Of a stretch of 64,000 nt of DNA, positions 1 through 14,279 are shown one piece after another (within the stretch, counting starts at the first letter, position 1; every line of letters begins with the position of its first letter). The DNA comes from Octopus vulgaris (taxonomy: Eukaryota). A program made the position numbers and the translations under genes. The notes below the pieces were generated by a model. The model saw only the letters and a list, made by a program, of their open reading frames with translations, did not search any database and was not told where the DNA came from. Where the stretch lies: the NCBI GenBank assembly GCA_951406725.2, contig OX597838.1:42904001-42968000 (forward strand). Direction: 5' to 3'.

Positions 1-100
1 AAACTGAGACACTAGAATGTGATGTGCTTTTCTGACTTATTGCACCCTATTCAATTGTTCAGCCTGTGCCTCATTCTAAGCAAATAGGAAATGAGGATAC

Positions 101-508
101 GGATCTTTTCGGTTTGACCGGCAGTTTTTTGAAATAATTTCCACGTAACTAAACACTTTTAAACTTCGTATCCTGGTAGAATGTGTTTATAAAACAACTT
201 TTTCTCTTGGCTTTATTGGGAAAATTCTATAGTTTGTAAGATATTTGCTGTTTTTCTTCAATTTCAACCAATCAATGACGTCTATTGAGTTAAAAAGCAT
301 TCTGTGCCATATGAATATGTCCCTCGTTTAAGAAACAGATTGGGTTTATTTACATTTGTAAAGAAAAAAAAATACCCTTCCCCCCACCCCTAACCACCCC
401 TAACCCTAAAACATTGAAATGCAATAGATCGATTCTAGGGTCATAATTATGGGTGACAATTTCATATGACTCTGCTAGAACAAACTGCCGGACAAACCGA
501 AAAGATCC
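101..508. mobile_element. Non-autonomous DNA transposon (MITE), Merlin-like, copy 1
   Basis: Terminal inverted repeats GGATCTTTTCGGTTTG...CAAACCGAAAAGATCC; degenerate 8-bp flanks gaggatac/aatgatac (6/8); near-identical copy at 53424-53840; internal CCCTAA-like repeats. Confidence 0.85.
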
Positions 509-848
509 AATGATACATGTGTGTGTGTGTGTCAAAACACAATTGTATCTCACAAGTAGCCTTTGTTTTTGCTTTCTGTCTTTGGGGTTTTTCACCCTTC
601 CCGATCTCTGACTCAAACCTACCTGTACACAATATTTGTTCCTGTCTAATCCCTTCCCCCACAACATTTCCTCCTAATATCCCCCTCCCCCTGCCTGTGC
701 CCACTCACTGCATTCCCTCTGACCCTCCATCTCCCACTCTCCTTTCACAATCTTCTGAACTTACCCACCCACCTTCTCCAATCCCTGGTCCACTTCACTA
801 TGTACACCTCCCTCTAACTTAGCTGTATTCCCCATCACATCTTCACCT

Positions 849-883
<35 letters not shown>

Positions 884-2379
884 TCCCACCTGAGGCAGCC
901 ATATTTCTTCTCTACTGCAAGATGCTCTCTTTCTGTTCCTCAATGCCCCATCCCACACTCCACTGCGTTGCCAGTTACTCAATGACCTTACTGCTGCTGC
1001 TGCTGCTGGTGCCACACAAAAAGCAACCCCCCCCTGCCCAGCATGCTCTGTAAAGTGGTTGCTGTGAGGAAGGGCATCCATCTATAGAAACCCCACCAAA
1101 GCTTTCTGCTGTCTTCTGACTTGACACTTTTTATTACATTGCTCAACCCATGACAGCATGGAAAACAGATGTGAAATGATGATGATGATATTACAGGTTA
1201 CTGTTTAAAGATCTGTTCCCTTTGAGATACACTGTTCAAAGGAGTTACACTCACTACACAAGTGCAAGTCCACACATATAAATATATATGTGTGTGTGTG
1301 TAAGTGCATGTATATATGTATGTAGCTATATACATCAACTACAACTTGTATAATGTATATCCATTTATAAGTGTGAAATACATGTCCTTGCATGTGTGTG
1401 TAGTGGGACTGAAGCCAAGACCATGTGGGTTCCAGTTCAGTCCCACTGCATGGCACCTTGTTTAAGTGTCTTCTATTACTGTGCCATGCCTGACCAAAGC
1501 CTTGTGGGTGAATTTGATTGAGGGAAACTGAAAGATGCTCTTTGCGTGTGTATGTTTGTATGTGTTTCTTCTTGTCCACAAACTACTCGGCTCTGGATTG
1601 AGAGGCAGCTGTGATTTTAGGCAAAGGGACAAGAAGAACAAATTTATAATTGTGAGAGACTAGTGGTGAAGAGCGTATGGAAGGGAGAGACAAGGGAAAG
1701 GGAAATGGTTAGTGCCAGTGGTTCATAAGAAGGGAGGGATTCAGAATTAACCCTTTTGATACCAACCATTTTCTATGTAAACTTACTTTTCAAACACTAG
1801 CTTAACAGCAACAAATTTATTTTAATAAATTCTTCAGTATTTTCAAAATTAATTAATTAAAGCAAAGGCAGTGTATTTCAAAAGAAATATGGTAAGAAAA
1901 GGGTTAAAGGTGACGAGATTAGTTGTGTTTGGGTGTGTAGGGCCATCGCACATAATAAGGATGAATGTGGGCCGAAGGTGTGAGGAGGAACTTAGTATGA
2001 AAGGGATGTAAAATAAATGTGTGTGGCAAGAATCTAGAGAGTCACTGAGGGGGAGAAATATGTGGGTGGTAGGCTGGCAAGGGAGAAATGATCAGGTGTA
2101 GAGGCAGTTGTGGGGAGAGGACAGTGGGAGAATGATAGAATGATGATTGAAGTGAGTGATAAGATGGATGATGTACGAGTACAGTCACTCATACATAGGC
2201 CTAGTGAAGGGGAGCCATCTATAATTAGCAAGGTTTATAAGTGGTCGGCAGATAAGAGATGGGGAACAATAAGCTGATGGAAGTGAAGAGATGGGGGTGG
2301 AAATGGAATGGTGCTCAACAAACAGTTAAGTGAGAAGTGAGTGATGCAAAGGATGGCAACATACAAACACACACCACAC

Positions 2380-3400
2380 ATCACATGGCCTCTATCACTA
2401 TTATAATTTCAATGCATGTCTCACGATGGATGGTCGAGTCTCCTGCTGCACCTGTATCACCAATCAATACAGTCTTTTGCCATCTTTGTGAGATGCAGCA
2501 CCTTTAGGTCAGTGTTCACTACTTATTCCTAAGTCTTCTGTGGGTTACACTAACTCAAAGTGCATCACTTACTCTCCATGTACACCACATCCTCATATCA
2601 GTGCCGTCTCCTCTCTTGCAAACTACATCTGATTCCCCTTATTCCCAATTTCTCTCTCAATTCAGACATACCATGATATCCAGGCACACTGGCATTACAC
2701 ATCTTGTCTGAGCAGCTTTCATAAGTTTTCTGCATCCAAATCCCCCATCTCATTACCATGCTGCATTGCAATTCGAACACAAGCACCATACAATTTGCCC
2801 TTCATTCTGAAGGAGAAGGCCCTTGTTGCTGACAGAGGTGATTTTCTCTCTCAACTTTTCCCAGCCTTTCTCATTGTAGCTGCTATACTTTCAGAACAAC
2901 CACTTCCATGGCTAATTATGTCACCAATGTACCAGAAGCTCTCAAACTATTATCAGTCAACTAGCTGGACACTTAAGAGAATCTATTTCTAGTGTACCCT
3001 TAGTACTTACTCTCCCTGTGCATCTGCCACATACAAAGCCTGCTGTCTCTGTTAGCCTATCTGTGATTTTGTTACATCTCCTGTGTGACCATCACATATT
3101 GTGGCAACTACAGATGGAGTTCTCTTCTGCATTCAAGTAAGGCCAGTTCCCTGATATGACCAGCTTCCTCCTATCTCTTTTTACTGCTTACTTACACATT
3201 AGTCTTGGTTAGGTTTACTTTGAAGCCTCTTCATTCTGGGTTTTGTTTTTATGTCTGTAATCTCTTCTCTAGTTTTTCATAGATTCAGTTATCATAGAGC
3301 CAGATCATCAGCATCATAAGAGTTCTCTCTGTGTCTTTGATAAATAGAAGCTGGCTAAGAACTGAACCACAAAGGACTCTTACCTTCATTGTGTCTTCGA
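2380..3400 (-). mobile_element. Decayed RTE-clade LINE fragment (RT C-terminal region)
   Basis: Minus-strand translation contains LREKLGIRGIRCSLQERR, typical of the RTE ORF C-terminus; related fragments near 21390-21700, 33470-33900 and 55500-55780. Boundaries approximate. Confidence 0.6.
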
Positions 3401-4060
3401 ATTTGTTCCTCACTCACTTTACTAGTTGCACCTTTTCTACATTGCTTGTAGTCCTCACAGGCGTCCTTCTAAACCTAGTTTCCTCAGTGACCACCAGATT
3501 ACTAAGCATAGCATTCAATCAATACACACACATCATAAATATATATAATTTGTACACGGCTATGTGGTTAAGAAGATTGTTTTATACTATAGCTACAGGT
3601 TGACCAAAACCTTATGAGTGAAATTAGTGTAGACACTGAAGAAGCCTGTTGTGTGTGAGTAAATTTGTATTTCCCTTTGTCTTTACATGGGTTCAATGAC
3701 TGTAAACAACAGCATCTCTATTAATACAGGTGGTGTTGTTTGCCTGGGGTCGAATGTAAAGGCAGCACTAGGAGTCTTGATATGTTGTGTAATCTTTGCA
3801 AACAAAAACTTAATTTAAATGGTTGTTTGTTTCCAGTTTTCCTAGTAAACATGTCAGAGCTGTTCACTACTTGACAGACGACAGGATTGTTACCTTGTTT
3901 GGAAACAGGTGAGGGTTGGCAGCAGGAAGGGCACCCACTCTCAGAAACTTTGTCCCAGCATACTGCCATCTCTCATTAAAGCATCGAAAAGTAGGCATTA
4001 AATTGATGATGATGATATATATGTGTGCATATAATATATATATATATATATATATATCGT

Positions 4061-4232
4061 TAGCCACTACACGCATTTTTTTTCTCTCCTTGTGTTTTCT
4101 GTGTCCCTTTCTTTAGAAGAGCATAGGCTCGAAACGTAAAAGACTTTTTCTATTCCTGAGCGTTATACTAATACATCTGTTTGTTTTGTACACCACCTGT
4201 CTTCGTCTTTTGTTTTTTTCGTAAACTTTCCC
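4061..4232 (+). repeat. Penelope-like terminal repeat fragment with hammerhead-like motif, copy 1
   Basis: About 170 bp shared with 14280-14454; contains CTTTAGA-A-GAGC-ATAG-GCTC-GAAAC-GTA; flanked by (TA)n. Confidence 0.55.
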
Positions 4233-5149
4233 TATATATATATATCATCATCATATATTTATTATGTATACATCAACATCATTTTAATGTCCACTTTTCT
4301 ATGCTCACATGGGTTGAATACAATGCACAGACAGATTTTCTTCAGTTGAATGCCATTCCTGTTGCCAGGTAAAGGTATGAGTGGAGTGCCACAGTGTCTC
4401 ACAGACATGTATTTGAAGTTCTTAATCTCAATTTCCAAGATTTCAGAGGTAACACATCATGGATTAGTTCACAGTTTTGTTCTCTGGTGATTTCAGACAA
4501 ACTCTGCCAATCATTCTAGAAAGTATACAGAGGCTGATGAGTTGAAAGCATGCTTCAAAGAAACTGATTTGGAGATAAGAGGAGAAACTTCATCTTTGTG
4601 CCTTCATGAGACTTGCATTTAACAGAATTATTATATCTCAGCAACCTAGTTTGCAAAAGTTGTACTTCAATGGTCTGCTTCCAGTCAACCCTAAATGAGG
4701 AGATATCAAAATACAAAACCATTGTGGAACAACCATCAACACATTTCTAGTAAAATTACAGAAACCAAAGGTGGTCTGAATGTGCCTTCTCAGCTCTCTG
4801 AAATGACATTGTGCACGATCAATGCTATGATTCCGTTCCCAGCATCATTGATGTTTCTCAATTCTCTTCAAACCGTTACTGTCTTACCTCACAGCTGAAT
4901 GTAGAAATGTTTGCTATTTGAATGCTCAAAAAATCTGTAATGGTATGGGACTCACTCTCAAAAGTCTTAGGCCCCCCCAAAGGAGGAGATGTTCTCATTC
5001 CATCAGATCTACCATTTCAGTTCAAGTGCTTTCAATTTACAAAACTACTCTTATTGTTTTACGCTTCTTATTTTTCTCTGAACATAAACAAGTCTCAGTG
5101 ACAGTTACTCAGGGTTGTTGGAATTAGATTGACAAACTCGTGATTCTTT

Positions 5150-5480
5150 CAAAGCCCACACAGTTCCAGGTTCAATCCCACTGCGTGGTATCTTGTACAA
5201 ATGTCTTCTACTATAGCCTCAGATTGACCAAAGCCTTGTGAGTAGATTTGGTGGACAGAAACTGAAAGAAGCTCATTGTCTACACGTGTCTGTGTCTGTG
5301 TTTGTTCCCCTCCACAGTTTGACAATTGGTGTTGTCCTCGTAACGTAGTGGTTCACCTAAAGAGACTGACAGAATAATAAGTACCAGGCTTTAAAAACGG
5401 AAGTTCTGGGGTCAATTTATTTAACTAAAACTTCTTCAAGACATGGCCACAGTGTAATGACTGAAACAAGAAAACTAAAA
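5150..5480 (+). mobile_element. tRNA-derived SINE (family with GGTTCAATCCCACTGCGTGG)
   Basis: Box-B-like GGTTCAATCC; body shared with copies near 1400-1580, 41200-41320 and 55985-56145 (minus). Boundaries approximate. Confidence 0.65.
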
Positions 5481-7359
5481 AAGGATCAAGGTACCTGGTC
5501 AGGCAGCCAGCTTTACATGAGAACCACCAAACAGCAGAACAAGAAATGGTTTAATCAGAGGCCTTTTGTTAATAAAAAGACATTTCCGATTGAAAGAGTT
5601 TGGTGAAATTGTTGTAAGAGAATGGAATATCCGCCATTTCAGCCATGGTCCTTCTTCACATCTTTCAACTTCATATATTACATCATCTGCTGTAAACTCT
5701 GTGCCACTTTTTTTATATCGGAGGAAGAACGGGCCATTGCCTTGCTGAGTGCTTTTGGGAGAATATTCAAACTACGCTGCTGTGTGTGCCTGGCTGACCT
5801 GTTGCCACCTGAGGAGGAACAAGTGTGTCCTGATAGAAGCAGGGTGATGGGAAGAGTGATGGCTTGTAATAAAGGAGAATGATTGTTAAGTGAATGATGA
5901 CTGTGACGGTGGGGTGGAGGTGGAGAATGGGGGTGGGTTACAGTTAACTGTGTGTTATCTTGATTTGACTTGGACAAGAGAGTGAAGCTCAGGGGGATGA
6001 AAGGGTCAGATAAGTCATGTGACATCTAGTTGCACTGGAAATGTGGCACAGTAAGGAGAAAAGATGGTGATAAGAGGGGTGAGTGATGATGAAACGAGTG
6101 ATAGGGGTGTTAGAGAGATGAGTGGGTATCAAAGAAGGAGACAATGTGGATAATAGTTTAAAATTTTTAGCACAAGTCCAGTAATTTCGAGGAAGGGGGT
6201 TAGTTGAATACACTGATCCCCAGTACTCAACTGGTACTCGTTTTATGGACTCTGAAAGGATGAAAGGCAAAGTCTACCTCAGAACATAAAGTCGGGAGTA
6301 CAAGTTACTAAGTATTTTTCCTGGCACGGTAACAAATTTTGCTTTAGAGTCAGTATTCATAATGATATTTAATTTATATACTGAGCGAATGGACTAAACT
6401 TCTTAGGGGGATGCTTCAGCATGGCCACAGTCCAGTCACTGAAACCAGTAAAAGAATAAAAGTATATCACATATATGTATGTATCTTATATCTCCCAGCT
6501 TCCATTGCTTAGCAACTGCAACATCCATTCATCCCTACCGGCTGGTCTTCTCTCACACTGCATCTTACAAGTAATCTCATCCTTGTCTACTCCAAACAAA
6601 ATTCTCATTTTTTTTACAGATTTCTGTGTTTTAGATTTTGGAAATTACAATTGAGGCTATATAAAAAAAAAGATAAGAGAATGTAGAAATTCAATTCTGT
6701 TTCCAAGTATTTTTCTCTTCTTTATTTAATTTTAACCCTAACAAATGGACTTCAAACAGAATATTTTCTTGCAGGATTATTTTGCATTTTTTTTTTTACA
6801 CATATTTACTGAAGGGAAAACTTTTGGGTAAAATTTGTCAGAAGTGGAAAAGTTTCTGCTTGGTCGAGTGCTCTGAAATGGAGATGGTGAAGGCACACGG
6901 AAACTTCACAAAGAATAGCAAAATAGACAGATGGGGCTCATACTGTACAATCCTGTCTACCATCATCATCACCATCATTTTAATGTCCACTTCTCCAGGC
7001 TTGCATGGATATTTATCGAGGTAGATTTTCTATTGCCAGATGTCCTTCCTGCTGCCAATCTTCACCTGCTTCCAAGTAATGTAATATTCTTCCCTATGGC
7101 TGGACATGTTTTCATGGAAGATTGGAAACAAATGACATTGCTTGTATGATGGTGACACTCACTCACAACCATCATGTGATGACAGCACAAGGAGACCCAC
7201 ATTCATGCACATGCTCTCGCATACATGACACGCTTCTTTCAATTTTTGCCAATCAAATCCACTCAGAAGGCTTTGGTCAGCCATGGACAGTTGTGGAGGA
7301 TACTTGCCCAAGATGCACACAACTGGACTGAACCTGAAGCTGGGTTCAGTTCAACTGGG

Positions 7360-7860
7360 ATGAGAAAAGGTAATGGATATAGTGTACCTGCATTTATATG
7401 TAGGTTTGATATTGGGGCAAGCGTTATTGTACTAATAAAAATGTCACTTCATACCCATGTGGGTTCTCAACAAAAACATTAGAAAATATTTCATTGACTT
7501 TTTAATGTAGCGTTGTTTAAACTAAGACATTTCTGGGGCTCCATGAAAGGACATTGAGAAAGTTCTTTGCCAAAAGGAAGGTGGCGTCCAGGCCAGAAAG
7601 TAAAAAGTTCTTTTCCTACAAAATGAAGCTGTTAAGTAGTAAATAGTAGGGTTGCATGTAGATGTTATCAAGCATCAAGTGTGAGAGTGATGTTGTTTTT
7701 ATTAAATTTGGATCCACCAAATATATCCAGATGAATTCCTATTTAACATGATCGAGGCATGACTATTAACTGCTCCAGTGTAACAATAGAATAATCAACA
7801 GCCAATACACAAGACACAGATACGTTTCGGTCGACTTATGACCATCTTCATTGCTATTCT
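7360..7860 (-). mobile_element. Decayed Penelope-like retroelement fragment
   Basis: Minus strand reads NNACPNIKPT...LPFL (compare PLE RT HPNIKFT...LPFLD) with frameshifts, preceded by ATGAAGA-T-GGTC-ataagtc-GACC-GAAACGT, a hammerhead-like motif typical of PLE termini. Confidence 0.5.
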
Positions 7861-8038
7861 ATATTTGTGAGATGAGGAATTTATGTATACTGTTTATATT
7901 AGTTAGACTGGTCTCCCGCTCCATCCTGAAGGAAGCTGGAGTGTACGGCAGCTGATATGTAGTCAAAGCAACAGGGATGAGGACACCCAGTTCAACGAAT
8001 ATAAACAGTATACATAACCTCTTTGTTGCATTTGATTT

Positions 8039-8185
8039 TGTCCTGGTTGCGTTTATAATGTAAAGTTTAGTGAAGACCTCTTACATGATGCAGATGGATA
8101 CCTCTGGCGATGCATTGACAGAGTTTGTCACTAGAAATTTCTCTTTGCTAACATATTTTTTGGCCAAGGAAAACTCTCATTTCAA
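8039..8185 (+). pseudogene. Relic of Merlin/IS1595(ISXO2)-like transposase N-terminal zinc ribbon
   Basis: Translation from 8039: CPGCVYNVKFSEDLLHDADGYLWRCIDRVCH*KFLFANIFFGQGKLSFQ, matching the CPxC...DGxxWRCxxxxC...FFxxxKL pattern; in-frame stop at 8132-8134. Confidence 0.6.
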
Positions 8186-9341
8186 AATCAATATGTTCCT
8201 GCATTATTGTAGAAAGTGTTAAAATAACAGACAACAAAAAGTATTTTCCATCAAAAATACTTTCACTTTTTGATTGGGGAAAATCCTACTTCTGACATCC
8301 TATATCAATTTCACGGGACACCTGAAAGGAAGAAATGTCACCATCATCATCGTTTAACGTATGCTTTCCAAGCTGACATGAGTTGGATGGGAAACTATGT
8401 GCCAGAGGGCTATGATGAGCTGCGATCTCTCCGTTAGCAGAGTTCCTGTGACTTGATGCACTTCCTAATACAGAGTGTAGGAAGGGGCTCTCTTCATGGC
8501 TCTGGCACCTGTGAATCACCGAGTAATTTGTAACTCAAGATCCCTTGGCAGAGATGGGCTTTCTACCAGGTGTTGAGAAGTTGAAATATGAAAGTGGGAC
8601 AGGACAGGTGTCTTAATGTAGAGGAGATATATGGCTTCCCTTGTTAGAAACAGAGGAAAGGAGAAAGGGTGAGGACATTAAGTTATGAAAAGTACAAAAA
8701 GAAAAACCTAAAAAGACAAAGATTATTCATTTGAAAGTTTTCAGAAGAAAAGCAGTGAGTTGGCAGAGGTGTTAAGAGTGTTGGTATAGGATGGCCTGTG
8801 CCATTTCTTCTGATTCACTGCATTCTGAGTTCATATCCTGTAGAGGAGAACTTTTTTTTTTTCTTGCCGATCAATAAAAAGGTACCAATCCAGGGTATTG
8901 GATTGATAGAAATGTTGGTGGGTGGGGATCAGGAAAGCTGTCTTGTAGTATGTGTTGTAGCTGTTTGTATTCTTACAACAATATCTGTGGTGACACTAAT
9001 GCTTAGCTGTGTTGGTCCACATTGGCAGTGTTTGCCTTGGATTGAAATTTGTAACATGGAGACGATGGGAGGCCATATTTATACAGCCTTATTCAGAATA
9101 AAACCAGGGTTTATATGTGTGTGTGTGTGTATATATTCTGTAAATAACAATAATAGTATTTTATAAGCTTAAAGCTTATAGCAATCACCACACAGTGACT
9201 AAGAAAAATAGTCTAACAATGGGGTATATAAGCCCTTGACAGAAAAAAAAGTAGGTTTTTCCCTTACGCATGGGTCACATATATATTATGTATACTGGAC
9301 TTCACTCATCCATTAGGAAACATTCAACACCTACATATTTA

Positions 9342-9372
<31 letters not shown>

Positions 9373-11728
9373 TTGTATGTATATGTGCATCCATGTACAT
9401 ATATATGCATGTATATGTGTATGTGTGTTTGAAAAAGGATGGTCATAACCGGAATACTTTCATCATATTTTGTTCAATGACGATTGATTTGGAGCTATAA
9501 AAAAAACTTCTGTAAGTTTTCCCAGCCAAACTGGAACCCTCCATCATTTATTCTTTCAGTTGCATATATTTCGCCATTTCTCCCTTCCTCCCATGCAAAA
9601 ATATGCATGAAATAATCTGTATATATGAAAGCTCACGTCCTTCGAGAAAAGGCTACAATTAAGATAGCGTGTTAGCACATAAATACTTGAAAGGTAGATG
9701 CACTTATAGATATTGCCCAAGCATAGCCCTATCATTAAGGAGTTCGCTTCGTAACTTTGTAGTTTAGGGTTTCTATCCTACTGCGCGGCACTTTGGGCAG
9801 GTGACCTGTACTCTCCCGTTGATGAGTTACTTGTTGGTGGATTTTGGTTATCGACAGCCGAGTAGAAGCCCATCGTATATAAATACCTGTGTTTATGTTT
9901 TTTGTGTTGAGTTTTGGAGGCGGCGGGATTCCTGCATGGACGCATCTCATGAATAAGAGTTCTGTAAAGGAATCCGTTTCCTGATCGGTGCCACCCCTCC
10001 TACATAACATCCACTTCATGTTTCTCCATACAAGTCTTTCTTTCAATGAACAGCGATCTTCGTTAACCATTTGCTCCCTTCCCGAAACCCTGTTTTAATC
10101 CGTCATTCGTCGGGATGGTGAGCGTAAGGATCTTCCCTGTTCTTCGCATTCTTTTACACATTAACAGTGAAGCAGGGGTCGGGTGGAGAGAGTGATGTTT
10201 GCAGCTTCTACGGAGAAATTAGGTGTAAATAATATTCGGAAGTTGTTTTTGACTTTTGCATCTCCGTAAATAAGAGAAAAGAAGGAGAGAGAAAAAGCCT
10301 ATGGCCACCTGCTTGAAATAGCAAGCAATCTCCTTATCTCCGTTAAATCAACGCACTGCCGCTTTAAAAATGGAAGGACACTTTAGATATATTACTTTTA
10401 TGTCTGAGAAAAAAAATGTCAGGCTGGTTAGAGATGGAATGTTTTTCAGTATTGGTTCTGTCAGGGTCATCAACAAACAACCCCCACTACCATCGCCGCC
10501 ATCATCATCATCATCATCATCACTCTTGGCCTTCACACACCCACACAACTACCGCAACCCTAACCGCTTCTCTCGCCGCCAAGTGTTCCCTGATCATTTA
10601 ATCAATGACATGAGGGAAAATTTTGCTAGTTGCACTCCTCTTTTTCTACTTCTCCTCTTCCTCCTCCTCCTCTCTCTCCCCTCCAAGAATCAAGTCTTTT
10701 GTTCGTGTTCGTTACTTATATAAATATAATTAGATTCTTGCAGTAAACTCTGCCGTTATCAGCATCGTCATGTGTGTGTGTGGTAGTCACCAGTTGTTTT
10801 GTGTCAACATCTCACCTCCACATCCACCACCATCAACCACCGTCTCTGTCACCAACTAACCAGCCAGTTACTATTGCCGTTGCTACATAGGCCCCTAAAC
10901 CATTCTTCTTCTCTTTCATCTCTGACTAATCACTAATGAATGTCTCACTCACTCCACCCCCCTCTACTAAACTCTCTCCACACCCTGTTCGATTAATTGC
11001 TATGGTGTGGGTAACGGCCAAAGTATGATGGTGCTAATATTTTAATAGGTTATGATTTATATATATATATATGTGTGTGTGTGCGATTTTAATTACATTT
11101 GCAACAAATTCTTTGCTTCGACGTCTTGCCGAATACTGGGTCTTTAGAATCGCTTCTTCACATTCCTGACGAATAATATCTTAGTTCTTCGTCCAGGCAT
11201 TCTTTTAACTTGTACTGTAAAGGCCTCGTAAAAGATGTTTCGAAGCGATGGAAGGAAGGGGGGGGGGCAGCGGTATGGGTTCTTATTAAATTAGATTTAT
11301 TTAAAGTATCCAAAGGCTCTGCTGCGAACGAGAATTGTGAAACCTTTCCAACCAGCGAGGAAAGAAGAAGAAGAAAAATAGCTGGACTATTCCTTTCCCC
11401 CCCTCCTCCACCATCTCACACACTTAGTTTTGGGGTCGGTGTCAACCACCACGCCGAACCCCCACACCCTCCCACTCTCGTCTTTTCATCTTTCTTGCAT
11501 GCTTCTGCTTCGCCACCACCACCACCGCTATTACTACTAACACCGCACCCCCTCCCCCCTCACTCTCACTATCTTGGTCGATATTTTAACACAACTTCGA
11601 CTTTAGATGATTTACTCAACTCACTTATTATTAGATGTTGTAATTCTCTCCAAGAAAGACTTGTAAATATATAATAGCTTTCTTTTCTTCGACCACCCCT
11701 TCCTCTTCAGTTTCTATATGAACGTATA

Positions 11729-11785
<57 letters not shown>

Positions 11786-12390
11786 CTAGATAGATAGACG
11801 TAGATGTAATCAGTGACTAGAGTGCATACGTGTGGTGCGTGCATCTATAGAAAGGACAGCCACTTTTCTGCTACTTGTTTGCAGTGTAGTCCCGCCGCCA
11901 GCCAACACAGGAGGAGTGCGACGGACATGTTTTAAGAAGTGTGTTGCTTGTTATTGTTTAACTCCACGTTAGCTCTGATCAAAGGCGTTCCACTTGTGAC
12001 CATCTCGTGTGTCTTACTCAGCCACCATGTCCTGGACTGCTTTATTTAGTGTGTTTTTCCTGGGTTTCTTATTTATATTTTTTTATATTTATTTATTTTG
12101 AAGAATGCATAGCAATTTTGAAGGAAATTTAGCTGCTGTTTCTAGTTGGAACAACGATCGTGTTACAGACTCCCTCGTTGGGTCATTGTTGTGTTTGTTC
12201 TCTGATCTTGTTCGACCCCCCTCCCCACATACACACACGATATTATTGTTGTTGTTGTTGTTGTTTCCTCTCCTCGGCTCTCATCAAAATCGGATTTCTG
12301 TTTCAGAATATTTTTTTTCCCAAGTAGGCCATCGAAGGAATTTTTACAAACTGTGGAATAATCATTTCCCCATACCTCCCCTTCTTCTAC

Positions 12391-12428
<38 letters not shown>

Positions 12429-14279
12429 GTCCCCCTTTCCAGCCTCCCACCATTCCTTCTTTAATTCTAATTGTTTGTATTTAAATAACCCTACTTTCTC
12501 TTATGTTTCTTACTTTCTTTCCGAACTCCCCATCTTCATCCATCCATCCATCTACCCTCCCACTCTTTCAATATTTTCTCTCTCACTTCATAATTGTTTG
12601 CTTTTAAACACCCCCATCATTTTTTTAAAATATTCATTTCTTTTCTTCTCATCATTTCTCCTTCCTCTCTCTCTCTCTCTCTCTCCCATCCACTTTCAAT
12701 GTTTTCCCCACCCTTTTCTCTCTCTCTCTCCCATTGTGGCTATGCAGATATTTGCCGTCGTGCATCTTGTTTAAATTGATACTTGCTGCCAATGCGACGT
12801 GAGTCGATGTTGATGCTGGTGGCGGTGGCGGTAGCTGGTAGCATCATCATCATCATCATCAATAGTAGTAATATGACTGTGTGCAACTTTCTCAATGTTG
12901 CTTGTTGTATTTTCATGTTTCACCTCAGAAGCGTCATCTCACTACCCCCTTCTTCTTCTTCTTCTTCTTCCTCCCTTGTGTTCCACCCCCCACTCTTCTT
13001 CTTTTTTTTCTTCTTCTTCTTCTTCTATCCGTGCTGCTCCAAAACTTCAAGTGAAGACCTACTCAACCCTCCTCCTTCTCTCTAAAATAATATTTATTCA
13101 TGGTTTAGTAGTTCAGAGAATCTCAGTTGCTAGCTGCCTGTCCCTTACTAACTCTCTTCTCCATTCATTTTATAATAAACACTTGGAAATTCTTCCGGCA
13201 ATCCTGAAGCCAGGTAGATCTCGTTTTCAGAAGTACAAACCATCAAATAACCATATATATATAATTTATATGTGTGTGTGTTTGGGTTTTTAAAATTTTT
13301 TTATTATTTGTTTTTTGGTTCCGACAGTCACTTATGAAAGCCCATGTTTGCAAACATTCGCTTGTCTTTAAAACGTTTGCTTGTCCCTCTTTTATTTATT
13401 CTTTTACACGAATATGGTGGGTTTTTTTAAAAGAAACCACCATCAATAAAAACCATTCTTCGCCAAAGCCACCGCTCTGCTGCAACTATAGAAATTTCAA
13501 TAGTCTATAATTAATCTATTTGCTCCTTTTTTCTACTTCTTCCTCGCGACCAAGATTTTGGCTTTTCCAATACAGAGGTAAACAAGAGTCGAGATATGAT
13601 TTGATATTATATTCTGTTTATTTATGTTAATGGGGGAGCGAGATGATTTTGTACTTAAACTATATAAAATAAATCAAAGCTACTCCATCCACCACACACA
13701 CACCCACTTCGCCAAATGGAACTATGCTAGGTATAGATGGAGATTTGTAGCTTTACGAACAATTTGTGATGTTACTGTTAGCATAAGTCACCAGCTGGTT
13801 GGCATTACATCGCATCATCTCTCGCTTTCTCTCTCTGTCTCTCCACACACACACACACGTGTGTATGTGTGCGCTTGCTCGCTCGTATATATATGTGTGT
13901 GTGTGTACAAAGAGAGATATACTCAAACTGTTATTAAATACATGTAACTCCTCCAACGAAATGTGTTGAGTGCTACTTTCTTTCGTGTGTGTGTGTCAGA
14001 GTCGTACTTGGCTCACAAATGACTTCATCTGAGATGGTGTGAAGTAATTACATCGTGAAAGACCTGCTTTGGCCATTGAACACACACACAAGACTTGTAT
14101 CCTTTATCTCGTTAGTTCTCAAAATTTTCGTTGCACCACCGTGGCCTTTGTCATTGTTTCCCAATTCCTGCAGTGGTCCATCCACGATGAATTACTGTGT
14201 GTGTGTTTTAAATAGACTGATATGATCCTTTCAAAGCAATTTCGTACTAAAACGAATCAGAAATTGCTTTGGGCCTCTC

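Noticed and set aside
4375-5130. Coding-like unique stretch, possibly a decayed transposon ORF or upstream PHF21A exon
   Set aside because: Multiple stops, no recognisable motif and no match to the expected PHF21A N-terminal peptides; cannot be assigned without a search.
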